The notes below the pieces were generated by a model that was not told the DNA's origin, did not search any database, and saw only the letters and a list, made by a program, of their open reading frames with translations. From NCBI GenBank assembly GCA_951406725.2, contig OX597814.1, positions 80,600,001-80,664,000 on the forward strand: DNA of 64,000 nucleotides. Reading direction: 5' to 3'. Below are positions 36,085-50,260 of the stretch, one piece after another (within the stretch, counting starts at the first letter, position 1; each line of letters begins with the position of its first letter). A program made the translations under genes and the position numbers. This DNA is from Octopus vulgaris. Lineage: Eukaryota.

Positions 36085-38127
36085 TTAGTTAGTTAGTTAG
36101 TTAGTTAATTTTTTGGCTCAAAAAGCAAAAAGCAAGGCCATGTAGGGGGACATGGAGTTATGTACAGGGTGGTGTTCATGTAATGAGTTCAGGCCACTTG
36201 AGGTCAAGGGAGACTTTGAACTGAGCGGTCGTCGGCATCTTCACCATCTCGTCTGGCTTATTCCATGGATCCGCAACCCGGACGGAGAAAGCCCCTCTCC
36301 TTCGATTGAGATGAAATCGTCACAGATAGAGCTTTTCGGAATGACCCCGCAGCCGACGCTCTGGAGCAGGAGTGAAGAACGGCTTTTTCGAGAGGTTACA
36401 CTTTTCGCTTATGATGTTGTGAGCAAGAATGAGATCTCCACGGCGTTGTCGTTTTTCAAGAGAATAAAGGTCGAGCGTCTTCAGCCTTTCTTCATAAGAC
36501 AAATTCTTGAGACCAAGAACCATGCAGGTAGCCAGCTTCTGGACTCTTTCAAGATGCTGTATGTCTTTGAGGAGATAAGGAGAAGAGGCTTGAATCCCGT
36601 ACTCCAATATGGGTCTCACCAGCGTGACATAGAGCAGTAGGAATATGGCTGCTGTGAGCATTCCGAATGACCATCGAATCAAGAACAGAATTCCATGTGC
36701 TTTGTTGGCAGCATGGACGCACTGGGCTGAAGGCGAAAAGGAGGAATCCACCAAGATACCCAGGTCCTTTACCTGATCGGTCCTCTCCAGCAGCAGACGA
36801 CCTGGCTCGAAATCAAGTTGAGTTGCAGGAGGAGAGCCAACAGGCAGATGACAGCACTTTGACTCGTTCAGACACAGGTCCCATTCATTCGACCATCTCC
36901 AAATTTGGTGGAGGCATCGACGAAGATCCTCTATATCACCGCGAGGAGCGACCAGTTTGACATTGTCAGCAAATAGAAGGGTGTGTTGCGTGAGGTCGTC
37001 GGGCAAGTCATTTATGAAGACTAAGAACAATAAGGGCCCAAGCACTGAACCTTGAGGCACGCCACTGCTCACACTGGAGACGTCAGACCACGAACCATTA
37101 ACTTGGACTTGGAAGGAGCGATCTGAGAGGAAGGCACCAACCCATCGTACAATATCCGGATGGAAACTATATGCTTGAAGCTTGACAAGTAATAGGCAGT
37201 GGTTTACCGAGTCAAAAGCTTTGGCAAAGTCCAATAAAATGATGTCAACAGCATCACTATCATCGAGGATGCACGTCACCAATTCTTCCATTACCAGTAA
37301 GTTGGTCAAGCATGATCTCTTTGGCATGAAACCGTGTTGGGAATCAGAGATAGAGGCTGTGTTTTGGAGGTGGAGCATCATACTTTTCTTAAGGATGGTT
37401 TTGAACATCTTGCTGATTATTGATGTAAGGAAAACCGGTCGTTAGTTAAGCGGATCTTTGCGGTTCCCTTTCTTGAAAATTGGGCAGATTATCACTGTTC
37501 TCCAGTCCGCTGGTATAACACCCGTCGCCAATGAAATATTGAATAGACATGTTAAGGGCTCGCAGATGACCGGAGCCAACGCTTTGATAACCCATGGGTG
37601 TATGCCGTCAAGGCTGTGACCCTTGTTGACATCGAGGCCTTGAATAATGTGTTTGACTTCGTCCCACGTGATGACCAATCGAAGCATTGGAGGTACTGAT
37701 CTATCAAATGGAGGGGCTTCATGACCATCATATTCTTTGAAAATAGTTGAAAAAGCCTCGGCAAATAATTGACTCTGTTGATAAGGGTCCTCAATTGATA
37801 TGCCTGTTGAGTCTATCAACGTTGCAATTTGGTTGTTCAAGCGGGAATTCCGTTGGACATGGGCAAAGAAGGTTTTTGGATTGCTACTGGCGTTTGCCAC
37901 GATTTTGTATTCATATCTGAAGCGTTCTTCCTTTTCAATTTTCACAGCTCGGTCTCATTGAGTTTTGTACACCTCAAAAGCTGCAGTCGAATCCAGATTT
38001 TTGAATTCAGCCCAAGCAATATCTCTGAGTCGAAGTTCTCGTTTAACCTTCTTCGTCACCCAGGGCTTGTGTTTCTTCTTCTTGGGAAGCCCAACGGGAA
38101 CTGCCTGGTCAGTCAACCAGATTACAT
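36085..38127 (-). mobile_element. 5'-truncated CR1-clade LINE ORF2 (RT), few disablements
   Basis: LDFAKAFDSV, SGVPQGSVLGPLLF, FADNVKL, KDLGILVD, LVRPILEY, YEERL..LYSLE..RRGDLI, RGH; (ACTA)n tail. Confidence 0.92.
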
Positions 38128-38585
38128 TGTTATCATGTACATTGTTTTGTCCTGGTATAAAAGATGGACTGCAGTAAATATTCTGCTCAATACCACAGAT
38201 TTGCTTGATAGTTGTTTGATCTTAACCAGCTGAGCATGTCCTTCAGTGGCTGACAATATGTGCATCTCTGATCACGAGCAGAAGTAGTGGGGGAGCATCA
38301 TAGTCATGTGTTGAGAGGAATTCTTCGGGGTTTGAATAATTCACCTTTGGAAACATGGGTGTTTCATTCAACATCCTTAAACAACCCTTATTCAGGGGCC
38401 TTTTGAGCGGGACAGGCTACTCAACCTGAAGAAAATTCTAACTGGGTCCCATCTGCAAGACCATGCACTGTTTATCTTGATATGAGATCACCATGTCACA
38501 CACATATGGTTGTGAAGCATGTGCCTGATCTACCCTTATCAGACAGGAAGTCACGACAGGTTTATTGAGCTTCCTATATTTTACC
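38128..38585. repeat. Unclassified (TAA)n-associated interspersed repeat, probably split from 36030-36084 by the CR1
   Basis: ctgaagaaaattctaactggg...catatggttgtgaWgcatgtgcctga is also present at 35443-35630. Confidence 0.55.
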
Positions 38586-38589
38586 AGTC

Positions 38590-38722
38590 GAAAAATACCT
38601 TAGGAATGAGAACCCAGGTTTGAAATTTCCCCAAGATACCTGATGAAGGCTGGGAGAGTATATCAGCCAAAACGTGTTAACAACAAACAAGATGAGAACA
38701 AATATCCATCAAATGTAAATAA

Positions 38723-38759
<37 letters not shown>

Positions 38760-39245
38760 TACTCAAAACAGTTGGAATCAAATTTCATGCTACTTCAAGT
38801 CTCGTTAAGGTGGTAAGAATTCAAATTCTTACCAGTTTGATAAGAAGGCCCTGTTAGGGGCTTCGAACCTTGAAGCAGCACATAATCTGAATTAAATTGT
38901 TTTGAGTAATACATGTAACTCTCAGTAAATATTTGGGTGTCCTTTCTTTTGTTTGTCTGTTTATTCATATATATATATATATATGGGTTTTTTCCCAAAC
39001 TTCTTCTCAAACCGGCTATAATGTAATACATGTCTTTGGTGTGGTAATTATACGCGGTTGAAGAAGGCTTTTGACCTACCTGTTATATCAATTATGCATT
39101 GATATAAATTGTTCAATAAAGCCAGAAACATATGTACCGCAAAATCCTTTGTGTCCTGTTTTTCTTTTGATACATATATCCTATCACCTATACCACTAGC
39201 TGGCATATACAGGTGCTTACAGTTATCAAATATTCACCCTGAATT
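38590..39245 (+). ncRNA. Cluster of three hammerhead-like PLE pLTR remnants separated by (TA)n
   Basis: CTGATGA aGGCTG..CAGCC aaaac (38640); TTGATAA GAAGGCCC..GGGGCTTC GAAC (38837); GCGG TTGAAGA aGGCTTT..AAAGCCa GAAAC ATAT GTA CCGC (39054-39140). Confidence 0.6.
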
Positions 39246-39423
39246 TTATATATATATATATATATTAATATTATAACCCAATTTCATTTGGGTCTACTCA
39301 GGCCACATCTTTTGACATATGTGTGCAAGTTTCCAGGTCAATCTGACCACATTTACTGATACTTTTGCCTGCACAACCACTTGTGTGACAACGTCCACCC
39401 TTTTCACAAATATATAGTGTGTC

Positions 39424-39472
<49 letters not shown>

Positions 39473-40379
39473 ATATTTAACTGGCCTCTTTAAGTTTCCA
39501 TGTACCAAATTCCCTCACAAGGCTTTGGTTGGACAGCTACTATATTAGAAGAGACTTGCCCAAGGTACCATGCAGTGGGGCTGAACCTGAAAGTATGTGA
39601 CTGGAAAGCAAACTTTTTACCACACAGCCACACCTGTTCTTATATATATACATATGTTTATATTCCTCTCCACAGCATAACTGTCCGCTGGCCAAACAGG
39701 AAGAGTTATTATTAAAATTTTTTTTGTCATGTGTGCATATTGATTTCTTTAATTACACTCATACACACATACAAACACAAATTCTTCTTGCAAAACAACT
39801 TTTCCATCATTATTTTTTTAAATGGCTGCCTAACAGCATCATAATATCCTGTTCTTTTCTTTCATGGTCAGTGTTTTCACTTTTACCTTCAAACAGCTTT
39901 TCTTTCCATTCCTTTTGTTCTCCACCCATTTCACTCCCCCTCTCCCCCTCCCCCTCTCTCTCTGAAACATGTCAATGCCTATAGAAAAATACAAGCCATA
40001 TCATTCAACTATTACATGGTTGGATCATGTAATAATTTGAGAAAGAATTCTTTGATGACTATTTTTATTACTTAGAAGACAGCACAATGACAGAATCATT
40101 ACAGTGTTGAAGAGAACACCTTGCAACAATTGTTCTAGCTCTCTGCATTCTGAGTTCAGATCCTGCCAAGTTCCAACTATGTCTTTAATCTTTTCAGAAT
40201 CAAAAATTTAAGTACCAATGCAGGGCAGTAGATCAGTGGTAGTGTTAGAGTGTCAGACAAGGTTGCCTTGTGATGTCTGGCTCCTTGTGTTTTAAGTTCA
40301 AATTTTACTTAAGGACTCAAATCCAATTGATGGCTATGTCATTATCCTTTACATATTAGAAGGCATCAATGTGGAGCAT

Positions 40380-41292
40380 AACACAGCAACACCAGCACCT
40401 CTTTACAATGAAATAGACTTTCCGTTGTCTTAACACAGTTAGCCAAGAGTACAGGGACTTTAAAGATCAAGTACTGTGGGGATTAGACTCATGATTCTTG
40501 CCCCACATCGATCAGACTTGTTAGAAACCATGGAAAAATCCTCCATGACAAGGAAACACCAAAGACTTTTCCTCAAATTGTATTCTGTATGGTGAAATAA
40601 TACTTGTAAGTGAATGTCATATGTCACTCATTCTGGCTTAGAAAATATTCAAGGAAACCAGTTGCCTGAAACAATGTCAGATTTTCCTATGATGTGATTA
40701 GCCTGGTGTACTCTTGATCAGGTGTTAGAAGACATGGCACCCACCTAGCATACACCTTTGTCATACCAAGATCATTATGCAGAATATTCTCAACTCTCTA
40801 ACAGGATATACTAATAGCATTGGCTATTTGATTTGTCAATCTTTTGTCATCCATCACCATGTGATCACAATCAATGTTTTTATTTGGTGATTATGTTGAT
40901 TACAATTAGTGGTTTCTTCAGTGGTGGCAGTTGCAGAATATCAAGACATTGGGTCATCTTCAAGACTCTCTCTTCCCCTCCTCAATTCAGCTACCCACTT
41001 TAGAGTTAGAGCATCATCCCCTAATCTAGCAACCATGTCAGCATGAATGTCCTTGAAAACTAAATGCCATTTCTGCAGGTACTTGATAACACCATGATGC
41101 TAAATTTTGTTGATTTTCAAAATAAGTCACTACTAGTTAATTCTGAAGTCTTCTTTGAACAGTCAAATGTCAGTTTAACCAGAATGAAACAATGCAGTTA
41201 TTAATAAGAGCAGTTGAAATTAATGCATGCAAGATTTCACAGCTCTAACATCAGTTTATAGTCAGCCAACAAACTTTTCAGCCCAGTCTCAT
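40380..41292 (-). pseudogene. Old mariner transposase relic
   Basis: IIKYLQK..KDIHADMV..LGDDAL..KWVAELRRGRESLEDDP; TIR-like gggctgaaaagtt. Confidence 0.7.
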
Positions 41293-43114
41293 AGAAATAA
41301 ATATTTAATATCATCCCATTCTGCATTCTGAGTTTAAATCCTACTAAAACCAACATTGATTTTTATCAGTAAAATAAATGTTATGGAGTTAATAATTCAA
41401 CAAACAAAGAAGATACCTAAATAATAACATATACATAAAAGTAAATGATTGGCAATGTTTATTCAGTCCACGAATTCCAGTACATGAGAAACATCTTAGC
41501 AACAACTATAAGTTATAGCAATATTAACAAACTTACCAATATTGCTGCATCATTGCTGTGTTCCTAAACTAGTTTCAGTATTTCTTGCCGCATCTAGTTA
41601 ATGGTTATATAGGCATAGATGTTTGTAGATATCTATTATTAACATTTCATATTCTTTCCTTTAACAGTTCATACAACCAGTGCTGAATAGATAATAAAAC
41701 AGTTTATACAATATAATGTAAAATATTGCATATATCATACAATAATAATAAAAGTTTAGTTACAAGAAGTGTTAATTCCATATCTACCAGAAACATAAAA
41801 GCTTAATGCTACAACTGGGATATGCAGTTCTTCCAATAAACATTTCATTATTTGTTCTATTGTTCTGTCTTACATTAATATTAACGCCAATATTCCCTAA
41901 ATTTGATGAAACACTGCTAGTGTAGCACAATTACTCTGATTTTTTGCTGTAATCACAATCACATGCTTCAAGTTATGTTTCTTAATTTGATCAGCATTCT
42001 TTCTAATAAGTACAGTATTGCTTACAGCTTGCTTCACAAATTTCGCAATTTCTAGTGTAGAATAATTTTTCTTTTTGTACTACACATAATCATCAATGGA
42101 ATATAACATGTTCAAGGTCTTAAGAAGTTAACAGTTGATAAATGTAGAAGTAACAATTAGTTGCCAGCTTTCACACAAATCAATGAATATCTTGTTTGCT
42201 GACTTGTATTTCTATATTAGAAAAAATAACCATTTTGATTTAACTCACAATATTCAGGAGTATTAGACACTGAGGAGACCAAATCAGGTTGAAACATCAG
42301 CGTCTGAGGATCTACTACTAACATCCTAAGTGAGTTCTATGTTTTTAACATGGTCTTTTAAGAGGCATTTCTCAGCAACAAAATACTACAGCTAGTGCTG
42401 TTCTATATTTGTATAAAAATTATAAGTGTTATATACATTGTTATTTTCATTTAATGCTGTCTCAAATGTGTTTTTCTTAAAAATGGGCAGTAAATTTCAT
42501 TTGTTCAGAGAAAACACAGGCTCCATGTCTTAGGATATTCGATCTCCTTTGTATGATATGAATTCTTCAACCTACAGTGTTTCTTCTATGCAAATGATGT
42601 ACCCCAACCTCACATTTTTATGGAGATTTTTTTTGATATCTTTTTATGTTCTTTTTTACAAAGTCTGCTTATCCTCATCAGCTTTCATTTGATCCCTATC
42701 TTCATAAGTGGATGGGGTGCTGCTGCTGTGAAGGGTACTTCCTAATCATTTATTACTAGATGTTGTTGTAAGGTTGTTGCTGTGGGTGACTCACCTTGAT
42801 TTTTACAGTTGTGGCTTGAAGAAGGGATTTTTGGTCACATGACTAACTCTTAGAAATAACGATAGGGCAATTTCCTTTGCTGATTCATGCATCATTCCTT
42901 GAGACACCCTAGGATTGACAACCTGCATGCTTAGCAGATGTTGCTTTTGTTCTCTTAAACTTTCTGTGCAAAAAGCTTTTTACTGTTACACATGTAACCA
43001 TGTCGCATCAGGGTTGAATATTTTGGATGCTGAGTTTTTTGGTCTTCTTCAACTGGACACAGTTCCGGTATTGTTTTGTGATCTTGCAAAGTCATGATGG
43101 TTTGTATGTCTCAT

Positions 43115-43266
43115 CCAATACACTCTGTGAAGTGGTTGGCATTAGGAAGGGCATCCAGCCATAGAAACCATGCCAAAACAGGCAAATGAAGTTTGGACAG
43201 TTCTCCAGCTGGCCACCTCCTATCAAACTTTTCAACCTATGCCAGCATGGAAAATGGATGTTAAGC

Positions 43267-43303
<37 letters not shown>

Positions 43304-43305
43304 GG
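43115..43305 (+). mobile_element. RTE 3' tail fragment
   Basis: gtggttggcattaggaagggcatccagc...(GAT)n. Confidence 0.75.
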
Positions 43306-44037
43306 GATCACACTCAATCACATACCCTTATGATATCATTTCAACGACAATGATGACTTCTAGTAGCCAGAGGTCAACATTGTCACTGAGGTTCCTCCTT
43401 CCCAAATACTGCATAAACTTGCTTATGAACAAGTGTATCATGTGCTACTTGTGCAAGCACTTTCCCCTAGCCCGTGTTTTTACAAGAAAGCACATGTGGT
43501 GCCATATTCCCTCTCCTACCAAACAAAGGATATTTTGCTTGAAATATTTACCAGGGCTAAGATAAAATACTTTTTTCCCATCACAGTTTTCTGTAACTGA
43601 CTGTGGATGATTGTGTGATATACGAAACAGCCAGTTTGATTGATACACAAAATTTGGCATGCTTTCAATCTTTCAGCAAAACGCTCCATATCAAGAATTG
43701 CTTTCTTCTAAAGAATACCAGCAAAACACAGTTTTTGCTGTCTGTGTTTACACCAAAAACAATCTGCACATCTATACTGTTGTTGTTGTTGTTTACAAGA
43801 TTTCTATTTGGTGTAGTTAAAATATATCTGTGTTTTCTTTTAGTTTACATTTACTAATAACATTTTACATTACAATTAAAATAGTGTTTTAAACTTTCCA
43901 TTTATTCTGTGTGTGAAATGTTTCATTTTCTACATTTTCAGTTCTCTTTTTGGAGGTATAGTATGAAATATTTTCCCTCTCTCTCTCTCTCTCTCTTTCT
44001 CTCTATGAGTGTATGCTTGTGTGTCAGTGACATGAAC

Positions 44038-44266
44038 TCTACCCTTTCATTACTGTATTTATTTTGAGATGTTCTATGTTTCTTTCAATTACTTTAAATA
44101 TAACAAAGAATTTAGTAAAATAACATCGTTATCATTAAGCTAGTGTTAGGAACATAAATTGTGACTAAGGTTTGGTGGAAGATTTTAATTCAAAACTTAA
44201 GAAAACAAGACATTTGTACTACAGAGCCAGAGGCGGTTTCAGTTGGGTTGGTATCAAAAGGGTTAA
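44038..44266. mobile_element. piggyBac-type MITE
   Basis: accctttcattac ... gtatcaaaaggg-TTAA. Confidence 0.6.
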
Positions 44267-45738
44267 AAGCATTCGAAAATCAGGTGATGCTAAAGAGGAA
44301 AACAGAACAGTTCTGTATCCAAAGAATTCAGAACAGTTAATATAAGGCATTATTAAAGTAGTGAGCTGGCGGAATTATTAGCATGCAAGGCAAAATGCTT
44401 AGTGGCATTTCACTCATGTATGCATTCTGAGTTCAAATTCTGCTGAGGTCTACTTTGCCTTTCATCCTTTTGGGGGTCAATAAAATGAGTACTGGGGTCA
44501 ATATAATTGACTTAACCCACCCTCAAAATTGCTGGCCTTGTGCCAAAATTTGAAATTAATATGAGACATCTTGTTCAAAACTCAATGAATACTGCAATCT
44601 GCTGCTCAGTTTTGTTATATTATTTACCTGATCTGGATAGGATGCCAAAAGGAGAAAAGAGAAAGTTGGTCTCAAGAGATTTAAAATTGAAGAATCAGTA
44701 ACTAGAATAAATACTGCAAAATACTGTAACAACTCTGATTAAGCTGCACAAACATATAATATGTATGCATGTATATAAGTATGCTTATATATATGAATGT
44801 TCATATGTGTATGTATATATGGAGGTGTAAATGTATGTATGTGTATGTGCATATACGTGTGTATGCATATATGTGTGTGTGTGTATGTATCAATATTTTA
44901 TCTTTTATCTTTTACTTGTTTCAGTCATTAGACTGTGGCCATGCTGGAGCACTGCTTTGAAGAATTTTTAGTCAAACGAATTAACCCTAGTACTTACTTT
45001 TAAGCCTGGTGTTTATTCTATCAAGCTCTTTTTCTGAACTGCTAAGTTACAATGATGTATACAAAACCATTACTGGTTGTCAAGCATCCTTCTTGAGACT
45101 TATGGACTCCTAAGGGCCAGTTTCTCAGTTTCCATGGCATGTAAATTCCCCACTTGGACAGGGTGCTGGTCCATCACAGGGTTACTCATTTTTGCCAGCT
45201 GAGTGGAATGGAGCAGCGTGAAAATAAAGTGTCTTGCTCAAGAACACTATACATTGTCTGGTCCAAGAATTGAAACCACAATCTTACAATCATGAGTTCA
45301 GTACTCTAACCACTAGGCCCCATACCTCCACATGATTCAATCAATACCAACATAATGGTGTGGATGGTAGCAGAAAGAAAGTGCTTGTATTACTAATAAC
45401 TATCTTTCTAGCAGTGGGGCTGACCTCCTAACAAATCAATATCAACTATGTCAGATAAACAAATGACAGGGCCTTGACATAACTGTTTGACCTGCTCAAA
45501 ATAGCAGCCAAATCTCCTTCAAACTACACACTATTGTCTTAATTGCATTATGGTCAATGAAATGCTACACAACTCTATAAAAAATGGGATGTCCATGGTT
45601 AGAATGCCTTTGATTATAGGTTTGCTCAACCAGGGTTGACCTTGGGCTGAACAGCAACAGCAACCTTGCTGTGAGGTGGATAATGCAAGATATTTTGATT
45701 TGCAAGACTGAAAATGACAAAAAAAAAAAAAAAAGAAA

Positions 45739-45787
<49 letters not shown>

Positions 45788-46155
45788 AATATAACAAAAT
45801 AAAGCAAATTATAATTGGAAAAAATTTAATAACATCATTATGGCTATCCAAATAATTATTAACAAGAAAAAAATGACCAAATGTAAGTTTAAAACAAAAA
45901 AATGCAATTCTTCATTGGGAAAATGCTATGAAAACAAAGAGAAAGAATCCTTTCAGAATTCTAAGAATTCCTAAAGAACATATTCATTAAAAGTTTTAGA
46001 ATTTTAATCAAATAGCAAAAAAAAAAGCATAAAACTACCTTTCCATTTTTTATTATTTTCGTTTTTTATTGTTTTTTTTTTCCATATATGATTATATTGT
46101 TAGAATGCAAATCTCCCTGCAACTAGTTCTATTGTTAATTAGTTTTTGTGTGTAG

Positions 46156-46177
46156 AATACCACACAGCATCAATGAG
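46156..46177 (+). CDS. Candidate 22-nt microexon (IPHSINE)
   Basis: tttttgtgtgtAG acceptor, GAG|GTACTT donor; ends in phase 0, compatible with 51824. Confidence 0.2.
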
Positions 46178-47056
46178 GTACTTAAACAAAAAAATTTTAT
46201 TCTAATATTTTCTCATCAATGTAAAAAAAAAATGTCTTGGAGTGCAGTAGCAGTTGACAATTATTTTGAAATTTAATTTTTTTTTTTTTTTTTTGAAGAA
46301 GTCCTTCTACCATTCTAAAAGTTCTAAGTCTGCTAGGGTCGACTTTCCAGTCTTTCAACCTTCCAAATGTCAATAAATTAAATACCAATCATCCAGAGAG
46401 ATCAATTTAATCAGCTATATTCATCACCCTCTCTTGTGTAATTTTATGTGCCAATTACCCATTTCTAGTGTAAATTTAACAAATCGATATTAATGATGGA
46501 GCTGTAGTGATTGGAAAAAAGACAGTACAATATTAGACCTGTAGTTGTTTCTGTTCTTGATGTTGTTGTCATTGCAGTTGTTGCTTAGCCCCTACACCAG
46601 TTGGCATTGATTGAACAGACTTACATGTGAATGGTTCCTGTCTCAAAGACTATATTCTACAATTTAGAGCACATACTTACAGTTCAAAATGTGTCACACA
46701 AACAAGGTAACAAAACATTTGATTTTGTGTATGTGTGTGCTGTATATGGGTATGTGTATGTACTTATGTATGTATCTATGTATGTATGTATATCATTATT
46801 CAGTTTTATTTCAAAATTCCCTAGCAATGGAGAAAGTGCCAGTTTCTAACCTAGATCCAAGGTACCTTCAGTGGAATTTCAACATCAACAGGGTATTTTG
46901 TATGTATGCATGCAGTTTGTATAATTTGTTTTATGCATGTCTTCTCATGCATATACTTGCATATCTAGACATGCTCATATATACTTAAATGATAAACTTC
47001 TGGAAAGACTCACAGATTTTTACAGTTCCAATGAATGTATATATGTATGTTCGTTT

Positions 47057-47090
<34 letters not shown>

Positions 47091-49360
47091 ATTTAGAATA
47101 AATTTTGACCAGCCAACTGCACGACTGCAAGATTGTGAAGGAAAGCATCTTGTCTTGTTCATCATCCTTTAAATCTTAAGAAGGTCTTGCAGATTTTTAT
47201 AGACTCAAATATTGTGATCACTTATAAAGTATATACATGTGCAGGTGCATGTGCATGTGTAACTCTGCCATAGCTGTTCTGAAGCCTGGTAAAGAAGAGA
47301 AGAGGCTGATAGGCACAGGGTTAGAAGTCCTACAATATCGATTTTCTACATTGCTATTGCAATGTCATCAAGAGGACATATGAAACTTGTCCTGGTAAAG
47401 GAGAGTTTCTCAAATAGTGCATACGAAGCAACATGTTGAAAGCAGAAAGGAAGAAGCATCAGCAGGCAACTACACCTGGGGACAATTGCAATCCATTTCC
47501 AAAGATCAAGACAGAACCCTGCATTTGAGAAGTGAATTTCTTAACCACAAGCAACACATGAAACAAGTAATAAACCACAAAATGGTTTTGACTATAATGC
47601 TATTTCATACTTCAATATCCATCTTAGCTTAGCATTGGTAAAAATTCAGATGAGAAATCAATCTCATATTTAGATAATAAATACAGGAAAAGAAAGAACA
47701 TTATAATAGCAAAGATCAAAAATATTAATAAAATGCTTATACATGCACAGAGACAGTTAATATTCAGTTAATATTATACATGCAGGTGTGGCTGTGTGGT
47801 AAGAAGCCTACTTCCCAACTACATGGTTCTGGATTCAGTCCTATAACGTGGCACTTTGGGCAAGTATCTTTTACTATAGTCTTGGGCCAACAAAACCCCT
47901 GTGAGTGGATTTGTTAGACAGACACTGAAAGAAGCTTGTCGTATGTATTTATGTGTGTGTATGTGTGTGTGTGTGTGTGTGCGTGTGTGTGCGCGCGTGT
48001 GTGTGTGTGTATGTATCTATGCATGTGTGTCTTAGTGTCTGTGTTTGTCCCCCACCAGTACAAGTACAAGACACCCAGTGTTGGTGTATTTATGTACCTG
48101 TAACTTAGTGGTTCAGCAAAAGAGATCAATAAAATAAATACCAGACTTTTAAAAAAAAATGTTCTGGAGGTCAATTCAATTCAGCTAAAAATGTTTCAAG
48201 GTGGTGCCTCAGCATAACCACAGTCTAATGACTGAAACAAGTAAAAGATAAAAGAAAAGATTCAGAAAGATGTAGAACATTAATTATATGAAGCAAAGAC
48301 AGTACTTTTATATGATCCTTTAGCCTGCTAGAAAAATCAACCGAATCTTCCTCACATTACACCTTGCTGTCTTAGAAAAATCACTTTGGATAATGTGGCT
48401 TGGATGGCATGTGGGATTTTATAGTCATGACTGGGATACCTTTGATCAAAAGGTCTATCATTCATTACATTACTAGGAGTAAATAGCAACAATAATATCG
48501 ATTATGAAATATCATTTGCAGAAAAGGTTTTAGATCCTTCCTATCAAAAACAGCACTTCATTGAAAACTCTGCTGGATAAAACACATGCTAGTTAATAAA
48601 TGATATCAAAATACCATGCTAAGTCTTAGAACAAAACTGAAACAATTTCATTAATATAATATATATAACAGAAACAATATACAGTAAAAATATATAAAAA
48701 AACAACTAACATGTAAAATGTATTACATGAACCAAATCCACCTTGGTCTATAGGATAAATGTGCAAGTCTTTGAAATTTTCATAAAACAACACACAGCAT
48801 GCCTTACACATAATTATAATATAGCATGAATAATATATGTTATGCAATGAAACAAAAATTTTTAAAAATCACCCATGGACATCAGCAATGAATAAGCCTG
48901 AATGCTAATGAAAATATTTCAGGTGACTAATGTAATTATTCATTTGAAGTTTATTGTGAGTTAATAAATTAATAAATTCAGATAAAAACATGAAAGTTTA
49001 TTCTTCGTGACTCTAACCGTTACATTTGATAAACACGTAATACCATCCCTCACTAGCTGACAATGCAGATACATAGATCCTTCTAATATTTTGCATTACA
49101 TAATGCAAAACAAAACTAAATAGAAAAACAACTATCTCATATGCAATATGAAAAAATAAAAAAAGGCAGATTGGTCATGATATTTTTATATTTCTATATG
49201 GCTGCCATGTAGTTTTTTTTTCTTTTCATTTTCAAGGTTTCTGTGATAAATTCAATAAGCTCTGATGAAAACTTGAGAAAATTTAAGAATTTCAGTTTAT
49301 ATTTTTATTCATTGCATCTAAGAACATGTAAGTGTGTGTGTGAGTGTGTGAGTGTGTTTA

Positions 49361-50260
49361 CACAGGGTGTCCCAAAATTAAGGCAACCAACTTTTTTCAA
49401 TTTTGTCGAAGCAAAATATTATATTTTGGGTCTGAGTATTGCAAAGCAATGATAAAGGAAACATAATTACGACACTACCACATTTATTCTAAATGATCAC
49501 CTCTGTTTCAAATCACAGCCTTAAGTCTAGATGCGAATGCTTCACACATGGCATGCAGCTGTTCTTGTGGAATCAAAAAACATTCTTGGCACAGTTTTGC
49601 CTTCAGAGTAACAAGCAAAGAATGACGAGTGCTCAAGATTGTCATCTCCAAAATGGACCATACAGAAAAATCCAACAACATAAGGGCTTCTTGAAGGGCA
49701 TACAAGAATGATGAAATGTTTTTCTGAATCCAGTGTTGTGTCTGTTTGGAGCTGTGGAATGATGCTGAGTCCTGTTGGAGGTTCCAAGGTGCACCAAATT
49801 GCCAAGTCCTGTTGGAGATTTAAGGTGTTCCAAAGTGCACATTCACCCATGGAAGCTGTTCAGCTTCTAGAATTTCACTATTGTATCACTGGGTATTAAT
49901 TAATAACATCCAAGGACACAAAAATGAGGGGAGACCTTCCAGTGGCTGTCACACTGCACAAACCATAATTGGCTGTGGATTTTAACATCGATTCATGTGT
50001 CTACCCTCAACAGAGTCAGATACACTACAAAGTCGGTCATTCTGGTGGTTTACTGTCTGTTTGATGTCAAATTCTTTTCATCAATGAACACCAAGTTGGG
50101 CAGCATGCCTTCAGCAATCTGACACAAGATAAAACAACTTCTCCCCAGTCTCATGGCCTTATAAACTTGCATGAGCTCATGACGGTGGAGTATCTTGTAG
50201 GGTAGGTCTTGAGATCCTCCCTCAGCACTCAATACATTGATATTCAGCTTATTTTTGCTG
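49361..50260 (-). pseudogene. maT/DD37D-type Tc1/mariner relic
   Basis: TA-cacagggtgtcccaaaa TIR; LVFIDEK, LQQD, LDFSVWSILE, RLKAVI. Confidence 0.8.

Noticed and set aside
41450-43860. Possible ancient LINE or THAP-type transposase remnants
   Set aside because: Too degraded to assign motifs by eye
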